A DNA stretch of 64,000 bases, taken from the human T2T-CHM13v2.0 reference genome, Homo sapiens. The notes below the pieces were generated by a model that did not search any database, was not told the origin of the DNA, and saw nothing but the letters and a program-made list of their open reading frames with translations. The stretch lies in NCBI RefSeq assembly GCF_009914755.1, contig NC_060928.1. The stretch is one strand, 5' to 3'. A program made the position numbers and the translations under genes. Below are positions 26,478 through 43,155 of the stretch, one piece after another. Positions within the stretch are counted from its first letter, which is position 1; each line of letters opens with the position of its first letter.

Positions 26478-28403
26478 TAATTGAAGTAATGGGCCCGAGT
26501 TTTTGTAATCAGGTAATTATATTTGTGTCATGCTGAAGAAGTGTTCTTAGAAGCAGTGTTATTATCTTATTTTACAAACATATAACTGTGAATGGTTATA
26601 TGTACATACTTATAAATCAAATATGATTCACACTTCCTTTTAAGTATTAGAAACAGGATTTATAAGTTCAGATAGGCATTTTCTCTTTATAAACTGAATT
26701 TTCTTTTCAATATTTTAGAATGAATGTAATGTGTCTTCAACCAATTTGAATCCATTCTGTCTTTTGTCAGATTACATGATATTTGTCATTAATTTTCAGT
26801 ATTAGCTAATAGACCTTGTCCACAGATAGTAGCTGAGGCAGACCTTTGCCATTTACATTTTTCCTATGACTTAGTCAAAAATTGCTTTCGGATTTGTTGA
26901 ATAAAAACTACCTCTTATGCAAAATTTATAAATTAAAACTTATAAAGAAAAAAATTAAATTATAAAACCATAGTCTGTCAGAATGGAATTAAACAAACAT
27001 AAGTCTTTTTGGCTCCAAAGTACTTAAATTTCTGGATTTAAGAAATAATAGCTATAAGTGGATGTGAAACCACCAGATGTTCTCTAAAGCAAACATCGTA
27101 TTATATTGCATAATATAGGAAAATGGAAAGGAAATGGAATTATAGGGAGTCCTGTTGCTCTGGGAATTATGTGTCTAATAGACTGATTATCAGTCTCACA
27201 TTTGCTTAACTCTTGCTTGTGTATCATACAGTTTAGTACTTGTTTTTTTAATCTCTTGCTTCTTCTCTGTTAGGTTATAAGCTCCTAGAAGGCAGAGATG
27301 ATATTTTAAACTTTTTTTTTTCTCTCTTAGAATTGCTTTTCACAGAGATTAGGATGTAAAATTATTGGTTAACTGTTCATTCTTTTTTCAAATGAATGGT
27401 TTCCTCACCTGCAACCCCTAATAGATTGTTTGAAATCCACTTGGCAGCAAGGGTGCTTGAGACACTCATCCAAGAAAGGAAAGCTTGGGAAGTTGAGGCT
27501 GAGTCATTCATCATGGCAGAGCTTAGAATCGGTTTCTCATAGTAGGCTAAGAATGTTGGCCATAGTATATCCAAAGTGGATGACTAGCATACCAAATGAT
27601 AAATAGGGTGATTGTACTATTATATGAGAAACTTTGATCTGGAACGTATTACCCAAAGTCTTTTATTTACTTCATCCACCCAGGAAAATTGTTCAAAAAT
27701 CATATCAGGTAATGGCCTCCGGTGAGAAGTTGATAGTTACGTATTTTGCACGATAATAAGCCCTTTGTGACTCATGGCTTTCTGAGTAGTCTTATGATGC
27801 TTTGTCTTTCCATGTCAGGCTGTTCTAAGTGTCTGCCAACCCAAGCTGATATTCCAAAACAGAGTTTAAACCAATTGAATGCTCAGAAAGATTGGTATCA
27901 AGAGATATAACAGGGGGCTGAATACCATGACCTGTGTTTGTATAGGATTTTCACAGTGTTGGCAACCTGTCAATTTTATTTTATGGTTAACTACCATGAA
28001 ATGCTATAGGAAGAAAAGTTTCATTTTCTCTTCCATGGTTAAGCTAAGCCTATAATGCCACATATCCAAATCTCATGAACTCTCTCTTTTCCTCGCTGTT
28101 TAAATATGTATACATAAGTTTCTAAGGTAAATTAAACATTGATATGCTCAAAAGTTGAGAATCTATTTTCTAGGAGCATTAATGAATGTGAAGGTAAAAG
28201 AAAAATTTAAACATCTCTTGGTAGGGAAACTACTTATATCATTTTGCTTTGTTCAAGCAGAATCAATTTAAGTTTGTTACAGTTTTAATGCCTGAAATAT
28301 AAGAATGAAATTCATTTTAGAAATGGGAAGCAACAGTCTAACACATATTGCCTTACTTTCTTAGTTTATCTCAACTTTATTCACTCTTAAAAATATAATG
28401 GCT

Positions 28404-28739
<336 letters not shown>

Positions 28740-29202
28740 TCATTGTACCCATTTTTAAAAAAGTAGAGCAATATTTCAAAGCATCTATTATTTTATTTGG
28801 TACCACTTTTCAGATATAATCTGTATCTTGTTTCTCCATTTTAATTTTAGAATGAAGGACTAATTTTTGGATTTTATCCTCCAGAAGCATGAACAAATTG
28901 CCAAATGCAAGAGGAGAATAATGAAATTTATTTTAACAAAATAATTCAACTTTTAAGTTAAGATCTAAAACTTGTGGTGCATTTTCAGTATGTTGTTCCT
29001 CTATTCATTTATTCACAAATGTTTATTGACCTAGCTTATGGAAATACAAAGTAAATAAGGCAGGATCCCTACCCTCAGGTAGCTCATAGCACTAAGTACA
29101 AGGTAAGTGCTAGTATATGTAAGTTCAAAGGTGGACAAGATTAACACTGGCACTAGAGGCAAGCACAGTTTATTGAATAACTGATGACTTAGAGGAAAAA
29201 TA

Positions 29203-29644
<442 letters not shown>

Positions 29645-30029
29645 CTAAGCCCAGAATGTGGTCACCCAAGTAAGTCATCTCTAGTTGCTCAGTGTTGGCT
29701 AATTCTAGGAAGTAAAGTTATATATTCAGGAAAAATAATCTAGAATGTCAGCAAATTATTTAAACAGTTCTTTCTGCTCCTTATTTCTGTTTCATTACTT
29801 TATAGACATGCTATCAAAATGATTCATAGTTTTTTCAAGAGTCATTTTTATATTCAGGTGGTCATTCAATTTAAAGTTATGAAGATAGCAAAAATGAGGA
29901 ATTATAAAATTATTCATAAAACTCATGCTATAAATCATATTTGTCTAAGTATTAAGAATGAATGATATACATTTATTCTTTACTCAGTTATGTGGATAAT
30001 TGGCATAACTAGTGAACATCTATCTGCTG

Positions 30030-30570
30030 ATTTGCAGACCAATTTATAGTTTCCAACTCTCATGTGAACTCTAGGTCTTATGTCAGGATATTTTGGGTGT
30101 CAAAATAATTAGAAATCATTAGACTTACCTCCACCCCAGCATACATTTCTCCCTCAACTTCTTTTTCTTATATTTCCCACCTTCACCAAAGATACCAAGT
30201 GCCCTATCTCTTAAGCTAAAATAATTGCTATTGCTAATTATTCCTTAACTCCTTTATCTTACATATTCAATTGTTTAACAATTTTAATTAAATCTGTCCC
30301 TGGGTTGTTTCCCTAAATACTTCTCTTCATTCTTCTGCTACAATCATGGTTCAGAATTACATTTGTTTGGATTATTGCAAAGTTCTCTCTTCAGCTAATT
30401 GTTTTTCTCCGCTTCATCCAATGCTCCATTCATCTGAGAAAACAGACACAAAGCAACCCATGACGTTTTCCATCCTAAAAACCATCTTTAGTTTCCTATT
30501 ACCTATAAGATAAAAAGTTTGACTTCTTAGGAAACCATACTGAAGAGTCTGACTCCAAGCCAAAACCAAT
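30030..30570 (+). mobile_element. L2 relic (host of the nested complex; appears to resume at about 40790-41250)
   Basis: TGCTGATTTG..TCCAACTCTC..TGAACTCTAG..; TTCCTATTACCTATAAGATAAAA. Downstream part ends TCAATAACATTTGTTGACTAAAT. Confidence 0.55.
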
Positions 30571-30571
30571 C

Positions 30572-31912
30572 TGTATATATTTATGTTTTCAGGCCTGACC
30601 ATAGGCAATTGCAAAGGCTTTTTTACATGACAGGTCTCACAGTGGAAAGCTCCCCTCTTCACACCAGACTTGGTGCACAGTCAGTGTACTGCAGTCTCTG
30701 AAGTGTTGCAGGAATGAAGGAGGACTGGAGAGACCATGAGGTGAGACAGAAGAATTTTACTGAGTGTACTCAGACCCAGTGGATTAACATCCAAAAACTG
30801 GGCCTAGAACAAAGACAGTGCTTGACTTTTATACATGCTTCTAAAAAGGTGTGGGCTAGCTTGAAACAAGGTTACAGTGGCGCGAAGTGCAGTGGCATGA
30901 AAGCAAGGATACAGAGGCGGAACAAAGGCACTTAATTAAATTGTGACAGGTGCATAACCCAGAATTACATATGACCTTTGCTGTGCAGCTCAGATGGCTG
31001 TTATCTAGGCTTTGCTCTAGTGCCTTGCACGGGCTTATCTCGTAACCTTTGCTATGGCGCCCAGACGGCCGCAGCCTAGGCCTGCTCAGGCATGTCTTAT
31101 AACCTTCACTGTGCTTCTCAGATAAAAACAGAATACTTGAAGTTACTAGTTACAGAAAACAGGAATCTATAAACTCATAAAACTTGCAGAGCCAGGTACA
31201 ATCACACAGATAGGGGTGGGTTTCAAGGGGGAACTTTACTTTTTCTTATCCTTATGTTGAGGGAGTGCTGGGAGAGTCTCCAGAACACATTCTTTTGAGC
31301 CTTAGCTTCTTTGAGAATGTTATTGAGACTCCGCCTGGGTCCGGGCTTTGCCTGTTACTGCCTTTGGGATGAGTCAGCCTAATATAGAAAGTTTGTTTTT
31401 CTCTTTTTAATTTTATTTTTCTTTACTTTCCTGCCTCAGAAGGGAGTTGCAATCAAGGACTCAGAGCCCCCTGACTGGCCATGTTCTTATGCACATCTGC
31501 TTTCCTCTTTCAGATGCTTGCATTTGGAGGTCTCCTTACTGGGGAACCTTGAACACATTTTCCCCACTCTGACTCAATATTCAGTACTTTTCTACTCCTA
31601 GCCATTCCTCCTCACCTCCTCCTGCCTCTGGGTTTATAAAGCTGCAGGAGCCTTTTGTTCTGGACTCATGCAATAGTGAGATAACCCCCACATCTGTGTT
31701 GATCCACTTGAGCCTTGACTAAGGTGCTCTTTCATGTGGGAAAATGAAACAGGAGGGGAGTTGGTGCTTTCTCTGGTTTTAGCCTCTTACTTACATGATC
31801 ATAGTAAGTGATAAAAAGCTTTATTGTTACTTCTGTTTGGGCTCATTGTTTTGAATCTGCTAGTCTGCCACCTGATGACTCAGCTCTCTCCAGCTCACCA
31901 GATATTCTGACA
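30572..31912 (+). mobile_element. ERVL-class 5' LTR (MER70/MER54-like), split by MER50
   Basis: TG..CA ends (TGTATATATTTATG..TTCTGACA), TATA-like TTTATAAA at about 31633, followed by PBS-like TGGCACCATGAGGAT (31916-31930). Confidence 0.65.
30704..31438 (-). mobile_element. MER50-like ERV1 solo LTR
   Basis: 735 bp, TG..CA bounded; minus strand starts TGAGGCAGGAAAGTAAAGAAAAATAAAATTAAAAAG; perfect 4-bp TSD GAAG at 30700-03 and 31439-42. Confidence 0.85.
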
Positions 31913-33560
31913 AACTGGCACCATGAGGATAGCTGACTAAGCATAATGCCATTCTGGAGGAGTATAAAACATGAAAATCCCATGGGGTACTTTGGGAGGT
32001 GCTAGTGGAGTCCAAAGGCACTCGAGAGGGATGTTAGTGGATTGATTGCAAGAGTTTGATGATTCTGTGGGGTGTTTTGCCAGTGGGTCTTGAAAAGTGC
32101 TAGTGGACACTGTGGCACATTCTTAGAGGATGCTATCAGACTGTTTATATAAGTTTATTGGTTCAAAAAGGGAGCTTTGGTCCTTCTCTTTAGCCCCTAA
32201 CTCTGTGGATATGCTCACGCAGTAGGCCAGATTAGAGATATAACAAATGGGGTTTGGAAAAAACTAAGCCCAGAACTAGGCTTAGTTCCCCACTGTTTAA
32301 GGTTTTCTACCAATGGGATGAGAGAAGGTCAGTGGGCTCCCATGAGCTAAGTAACTCTATGCAGGTCCCTGGCACTGATGAACACCCTACAGTGCAGCAA
32401 GTTGTTGAAATTTCAGAGGAAAAAATAAGGGTAAAGAGCCCTTCATGAATGATTTCCCAGTGGTTCTGAAGAGAACATAGAGACTTAATTAGATCTCCTC
32501 TGCATGTAAGCTTGCTAATGTTTGTAAAGGAGAGTGACATGACATGGGATGAATTACCACAAACTGTCTCTCTTTAAAGTGCCCTGACAGCGGTCGCTGC
32601 CAGGATAACACAGTACAAGCATTAGCCACAGCAGCAGCAGCCACAGCCTCTGGGCACTACCCCTTTCTAGGAGAGCCCGGGCTCCTCTTAGACCAACTTT
32701 CCTTGTAACATCATCAGACAGAAGGAGCTGTCTGCCTCCTGGCCTGTTGCCTGACCCAGCTCCCTCCCCTGCAAAATGTGTGGCCAAATCCTGACAGGTG
32801 CGTCCTGTAACTGACATGGGTGGTCTCTCTGCCTTTCCCTGCGGGCTTGTGTGAAGAGACCTGAGAGCCCTGCTTGCTTTTCTCCAGACCTCTTGACTTT
32901 TGAAAATAAACAAGATTAGAAATTAACCTGAAAAGTCTCAATCCTCAGGAGCGATCAGAGGCCCCATGCCAAGACTAGACTTCAGTGGGGAGGAGGAAAA
33001 TGGCACCTCTTAGACCTTCTAAATTCCGGTGCATAAGTGACTGTTGTCCCTGCAATCTCTGGCACTAAGATGAGGGGAAAATAGAGAATGTTCTCTGGTT
33101 TAGAATCTGAGACAATAACCACTGGGACCCTTGACCAAGTATCGATGTGTCCCTTGGGACCTTATGAACCTCCATTGTTATGGCCCCTACTACTGAATGT
33201 ATTATTGGTATTGATGTATTATCTATGTACACCCCTGTTAGCCTTTGCCTCCAATCTCTGACAGGAATTGCTGCAGTTATGGCCATTGGATGGGGCATAT
33301 GGAAGACTAACCTCCTAGACTCAGGGGCTATAGTTAATGGCCTAGCCATTTGACTGGGCCATTGGCAAGCCTCATATTGACATATAAAACAAGCCTGTGG
33401 GAGATGTGACATTTGGATAAAAATCAGTTATGCTCATCTGTATCTCTATCTATATGTATGAGCAGAACTGATTTTTATCCAAATGTCTCATTTCCCACAG
33501 GCGATTTTATATATATATCTCCCTTGTGGATGTTCAGCAGAGGCCCCTATGCTAACCAAC
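31913..33560 (+). pseudogene. Degenerate ERVL internal region (gag-like, protease and RNase H remnants; RT apparently deleted)
   Basis: Protease-like DLLNSGA*VTVVP (33013-33051) and MAPTTECIIGIDVL (about 33180-33221); RNase H-like DSGAIVNGLAI*LGHW from about 33318 (cf. ERVL DSWAVANGLAIW). Confidence 0.75.
33393..33502. repeat. Long inverted repeat / hairpin (45-bp arms, 20-nt loop)
   Basis: 33393-33437 GCCTGTGGGAGATGTGACATTTGGATAAAAATCAGTTATGCTCAT versus reverse complement of 33458-33502: 42/45 identical. Confidence 0.97.
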
Positions 33561-34087
33561 AGAATATAATAAATTCTCTTTGATTTTAACTTTTATTTTA
33601 GATACAGGGCATACATGTGTAGGTTCGTTACGTGGGGATATTGCATGACATTGAGGTTTGGGGTATGGATTCTGTCACCCAGGTGATGAGCATAGTACCC
33701 AATAGGTAGTCTTTGAACCCATGCCCCCTATCTCCCTCTCCCCTCTAGTAGTCCACAGTGTCTGTTGTTCCTCTGTTATGATCATGTGTGCCCAGTGTTT
33801 AGCTCCCACATATAAGTAAGAACATATAGTATTTGGTGTTTTTTGTTTGTTTGTTTTTTGTTTTTTTAAAATATTTTTTAAAATTATACTTTAAGTTCTA
33901 GAGTACATGTGCACAACGTGCAGGTTTGTTACATATGTATACATGTGCCATGTTGGTGTGCTGCACCCATTAACTCATCATTTAACATTAGGTATATCTC
34001 CTAATGCTATCCCTCCCTCATCCCCCCACCCCACAACAGGTCCCGGTGTGTGATGTTCCCCATCCTGTGTCCAAGTGTTCTCATTGT

Positions 34088-37915
<3,828 letters not shown>

Positions 37916-37978
37916 GATGATGTTAGCTGGTTATTTTGCTCATTAGTTGATGCAGTTTCTTCCTAGCATCGATGGTCT

Positions 37979-38995
37979 TTACAATTTGTCATGTTTTTGC
38001 AGTGGCTTGTACCGGACGTTCGTTTCTATGTTTAGTGCTTCCTTTAGGAGCTCTTGTAGTGCAGGCCTGGTGGTGACAAAATCTCTCAGCATTTGCTTGT
38101 CTATAAAGTATTTTATTTCTCCTTCACTTATGAAGCTTAGTTTGGCTGGATATGAAATTCTGGGTTGAAAATTCTTTTCTTTAAGAATGTTGAATATTGG
38201 TCCCCACTCTCTTCTGGCTTGTAGAATTTCTACAGAGAGATCAGCTGTTAGTCTGATGGGCTTCCCTTCGTGGGTAACCCAACCTTTCTCTCTGGCTGCC
38301 CTTAAAATTTTTTTTCTCATTTCAACTTTGGGGAATCTGACAATTATGTGTCTTGGAGTTGCTCTTCTTCAGGAGTATCTTTGTGGCATTCTCTGTATTT
38401 CCTGAATTTGAATGTTGGCCTGCCTTACTTGGTTGGGGAAGTTCTCCTTGTTAATAACCTGCAGAGTGTTTTCCAACTTGGTTCCATTCTCCCCGTCACT
38501 TTCAGGTGCAGCAATCACACATAGTTTTGGTCTTTTCACATAGTCCCATATTTCTTGGAGGCTTTGTCCGTTTCTTTTTATTCTTTTTTCTCTAAAGTTC
38601 TCTTCTCGCTTCATTTCATTCATTTGATCTTCAATCATTGATACCCTTTCTTCCACTTGATCGAATTGGCTACTGAAGCTTGTGCATTCGTCACATAGTT
38701 CTCATGCCATGGTTTTCAGCTCCATCAGGTCATTTAAGGACTTCTCTACATTTGTTATTCTAGTTAGCCATTCATCTAATCTTTTTTAAAGGTTTCTAAC
38801 TTTTTTGCGATGGGTTCGAACTTCCTCCTTTAGCTTGGAGAAGTTTGATTGTCTGAAGCCTTCTTCTCTCAATTCATCAAAGCCATTCTCCGTCCAGCTT
38901 TGTTCCATTGCTGGTGAGGAGCTGCATTCCTTTGGAGGTGGAGAGGTGCTCTGATTTTTAGAATTTTCAGTTTTTCTGCTCTGTTTTTTCCCCAT
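37979..38995 (-). pseudogene. ORF1: L1 ORF1 RNA-binding protein, disrupted
   Basis: MGKKQSRKTENSK.., LQEIWDYVKRP, NFQPRISYPAKLSF; broken into three ORF fragments. Confidence 0.95.
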
Positions 38996-40019
38996 CTTTG
39001 TGGCTTTATCTACCTTTGGTCTCTGATGATGGTGACATACAGATGGGGTTTTGGTGTGGATATCCTTTCTGTTGGTTAGTTTTCCTTCTAACAGTCAGGA
39101 CCCTCAGCTGTAGTCTGTTGGAGTTTGCTGGAGGTCCACTCTGGAGCCTGTTTGCCTGGGTATTAGCAGCGGAGGCTACAGAACAGTAAATATTGCTGAA
39201 CAGCAAATGTTGCTACCTGATCGTTCCTCTGGAAGTTTCATCTCAGAGGGGTACCTGGCCGTGTGAGGTGTCAGTCTGCCCCTACTGGGGGGTGCCTCCC
39301 TGTTAGGCTACTCGGGGGTTGGGGACCCACTTGAGGAGGCAGTCTGTCCATTCTCAGATCTCAAGCTCTGTGCTGGGAGAACCGCTACTCTCTTCACAGC
39401 TGTCCAACAGGGACATTTAAGTTTGCAGAGGTTTCTGCTGCCTTTTGTTTGGCTATGCCCTGCCCCCAGAGGTGGAGTCTATAGAGGCAGGCAGGCCTCC
39501 TTGAGCGGCAGTGGGCTCCACCCAGTTTGAGCTTCCGGGCCGCTTTGTTTACCTACTGAAGCCTCAGCAATGGCGGGCACCCCTCCCCCAGCCTTGTTGC
39601 CTCCTTGCAGTTCAATCTCAGACTCCTTGCTAGCAATGAGCGAGGCTCTGTGGGCATGGGACCCTCCGATCCAGGTGCGGGATATAATCTCCTGGTGTGG
39701 TGTTTGCTAAGAGCCTTGGAAAAGTGCAGTATTAGGGTGGGAGTGATCCGATTTTCCAGGTGCTGTCTGTCACAGCTTTGCTTGGCTAGGAAAGGGAATT
39801 CCCTGACCCTTTGTGCTTCCTGGGCGAGGTGATGCCTTGCTCTGCTTTGGCTCATGCTTGGTGTGCTGTGCCCAGTGTCCTGTACCCACTGCCCGATAAG
39901 CCTCAGTGAGATGAACCCGGTACCTCAGTTGGAAATGCAGAAATCACCCGTCTTCTGCGTCACTCATGCTGGGAGCTGTAGACTGGAGCTGTTCTTATTC
40001 AGCCATCTTAGAACCGCCT
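38996..40019 (-). promoter_or_regulatory. L1 5'UTR (sense and antisense promoter region), CpG-decayed
   Basis: Position upstream of ORF1; YY1-like GCCATCTT at about 40002-40009. Confidence 0.85.
39570..39832 (+). pseudogene. ORF0: L1 antisense ORF0, frameshifted
   Basis: ATG at 39570 gives MAGTPPPALLPPCSSISDS; a 1-bp loss near 39627 shifts the frame (stop at 39708-10). The rest (ASNERGSVGMGPSDPGAG..IRVGVIRFSRC) lies in ORF 39605-39832. Confidence 0.75.
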
Positions 40020-40830
40020 GTATTTGTTGTTTTGTTTCTGCTTAGGATAATGGCCTCCAGCTGCATCCATGTTGTTGGAAAGGAAATGACTTCTTTCTTT
40101 TTTATGGCTGCATAGTATTCCCTGGTGTATATGTACCACATTTTATTTATCCAATCCATCATTGATGGGTACCTAGGTTGATTCCTAGGTCTTTGCTATT
40201 ATGAAGAGTGCTGTGATGAACTTATAAGTGCAAGTATCCTTTTGGTAGAACTATTTATTTTCCTTTGGGTGTGCACACAGTAATGGGATTGCTGGGTGAA
40301 ATGGGAGCTGTTTTAAGTTCCTTGAGAAATTTCAAACTGCTTTCCACAGTGGCTGAATTAATTTACATTCCCACCAACAGTGTGTAAGAATTACCTTTCT
40401 CTCCACAGTCTAGCAAGTGTCTGTTGTTTTTTGACTTTGTAGTAATAGCCATTCTGACTGGTGTGAGATGGTGTCTCATTGCAGTTTTCATTTGCATTTC
40501 TCTGATGATTATGATGCTTGGCATTTTTTCATGTTTTTTGACTACTTGTATGTCTTCTTTTGAGAAGTACCTTTTCATGTCCTTTCCTAACTTTTCAATG
40601 GGGTTGTTTGTTTTTCTGCTTGTTGATTTGTTTAAGTTCCTTATAGATTTTGGATATTAGAACTTTGTCAGATGCATACTTTGTGAACATTTTCTTCCAT
40701 TGTGTAGGCTATCTGTTCCCAATTATATGATTTACTATACGATCTACTTTCTAAAAGAATATTATTCCTTTCTCTTCCCTTTAAAGTTCCTCCTTTTTCT
40801 CCTTTGACCCTGAACTGTAGGCTCAACAGG

Positions 40831-40908
40831 TTTTTTTTGTTACCCAGGCTGGAGTGCAATGGTAGAATCACAGCTCACTGCAGCCTTGGCCTCCTGGACT
40901 CAAGTGAT
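40831..40908 (-). mobile_element. AluJ/FLAM fragment
   Basis: TGTTACCCAGGCTGGAGTGCAATGG..CAGCTCACTGCAGCCTTG..CTCAAGTGAT. Confidence 0.8.
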
Positions 40909-42409
40909 GTTTCTCAGGCCATTTTTTATTTAGTGTCATTGTACAAGCTCTTTCTTCTATCTTTAATGCTCTTTCTTCCTTAGTGAACTACTTTGCCTAC
41001 CAAAAACAGTTAAAATATTATTCTTATTGCTAATGCTTCCTTGTACTCCTCACTTAGGACTTCAACTCTGATGAATCTTTTGTTTCTAGAGCAAGAATAC
41101 CAAATAACATTTTAAATAGAGAAAGAGGGATTTTTACCTACAATAAGTTGCCTCCTAATAAGGCTGTGTGTTTCTTTAGAAGAGGCATGATGTTTTAGTC
41201 ATCATTGTGCTTCTTTTAGGTTTTCAATAACATTTGTTGACTAAATATATAAAGAATGTTATAACAAAGTCCTGAGCGACTGATATTAGTTCTCAATGTA
41301 TCTCATACAGAACATGGCATAAATGATATAGTTTAAATATTTGGACTTGCTTAGTGTTCTCTATAATAGGTATTGCTGCAACTGTACAAACCAGTTTTCT
41401 GTAGAAAATAGACTATTAGAGATGCAAAGAACAGATATAACCTTGTACAGCTTTTTAATCTGAATCACAAAGAAACCGACTTCCGTGACTTTGTGATTGG
41501 TGACAGTATTTGTAATGCCTGTTAATCATCACACACATTTAAATTGTGCTAGAGTTGATGTTTTGCTGTGTATAGCAAAGAACTGACTTTTTTATTCTAC
41601 CTCTCATCTGAGCCCCATCAGAGAAACTAGATTTATGTTTCTTAATAAACCCTGCATAATATCCTACACAATAATAGTTATTTTCTTTGCTTTTTCTTTT
41701 ATCTAATAAAATGTTGTGGTAACACTGTTTTATCAGTTCAGAATCTATGAAGCAGAATTTAATTAACCAATAATGATCTGTAGTTTAGCTTATTTTACCA
41801 GCTTGTTCTACACTTAATACATACCTGGAAATATTTCTCTATCTTGTAGCGTATTTTAAAGTTATAACAGTTGTATTTCTATAAAACTAGGGCAAATTAG
41901 ATTTTTTTTGTGAGTGGCTTTTGTAAGTAGTGATTTAAAAATGTGCATTTCTAATTGGTTTTTATCTTGATATTCTTTATCTAAATTCAATAAATTTGCT
42001 TAATTATTACTTATGCAACAATAATACCTATATTTATTATTTCAAGGTGTACACTTGAGTAGAGTTTTAATGCTAGCCTTTCAAAATCCTATTCGTTTAT
42101 AAAAGTAAGGAAATTTACTCATTCCAGGTAAAATGTAGTTACCAAAGCAGTTTGAGAGGCAGACTTATTACCATTCAATCTGGGGTCTATTGGGCTCTGG
42201 CACAGAAGAACAAGAAAGGCAATGGTGCAAAGAAAGCCTGGGTTCTCATCCAGCCTTCATCTTTAAAAAGCTCTGAGATCTTGGATAGTTCACTTAATTT
42301 GTCTGTTTTCAGTGATCTCATCTATTAAATGGACTTACTATCATTACAAGGTAAAATTTAAAAAATCAATGTTACCCTAAATTAGTTGTCATCTTTATCT
42401 TTCTCCCTA

Positions 42410-42630
42410 AGATAGTGTAGTATCCTGTTTAACTGCCTTGGAGCCACGCTGCCTGGGTTTGTCATTTATGAGCCATTACCTCAAGCAAGTTACTTAAATT
42501 CCTTGTGCCTGTGTTCTCTCCTTTAAAAAATAGGGGTAACAATAGTATCTATCTCATAGGGTTGTCATGAGGATTATGTGAGTCATTACATGAAAAGCAC
42601 TTAGAACAGTACTAGCATGTGGTAATACCT
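42410..42630 (+). mobile_element. MIR SINE
   Basis: GCAAGTTACTTAA..TGTGCCT..AATAGTATCTATCTCATAGGGTTGTCATGAGGATTA..AAAGCACTTAGAACAGT. Confidence 0.8.
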
Positions 42631-43155
42631 CTTCCTCTTTTGTAACGACCTGCCTATTACCTATTGCTATAATGACATAGATTTACTAAGAAGCAGCCAA
42701 TTCACAAGTTTTGTATTACAGCTGGAAATAACTTTGAGAGAGGGAGAGAGAGAAAAAAAAGAGAATCTCAGGGGGAGAGGACTCAATACGTATACAATTT
42801 TTTCCCACTGTCAGAAATGGAGTTTCTGCTGAGGATTAAGTACGCGATGTGGGTTCTTAAGAAGGCAGCTTTGATGCTGTAATGAACAATCACAGACATC
42901 AATACACCTGAAGAAGGTAATCCTGACCTCCGCTTTACCCTCTCTTGATACTCTAAGCTTTTATCCCAAATCTCAAATATTGCCTTCTCTTTTTTTTTCT
43001 CTTTTAAGGTCAATAAAAACTTCAAAGATCTTTTAGAGCTATAGATTTAGGCTGTAAATCATTCATTTTAATTTCTATGTTTCAAAATTTTAAAAGATTA
43101 CTTATAGCAGTATAGTCATTATATATTAGATTTTAACACTATCCTTAAAGATTTT

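Noticed and set aside
27377-27574. 65-aa ORF in unique sequence
   Set aside because: No recognisable homology or convincing splice signals; length is compatible with chance.
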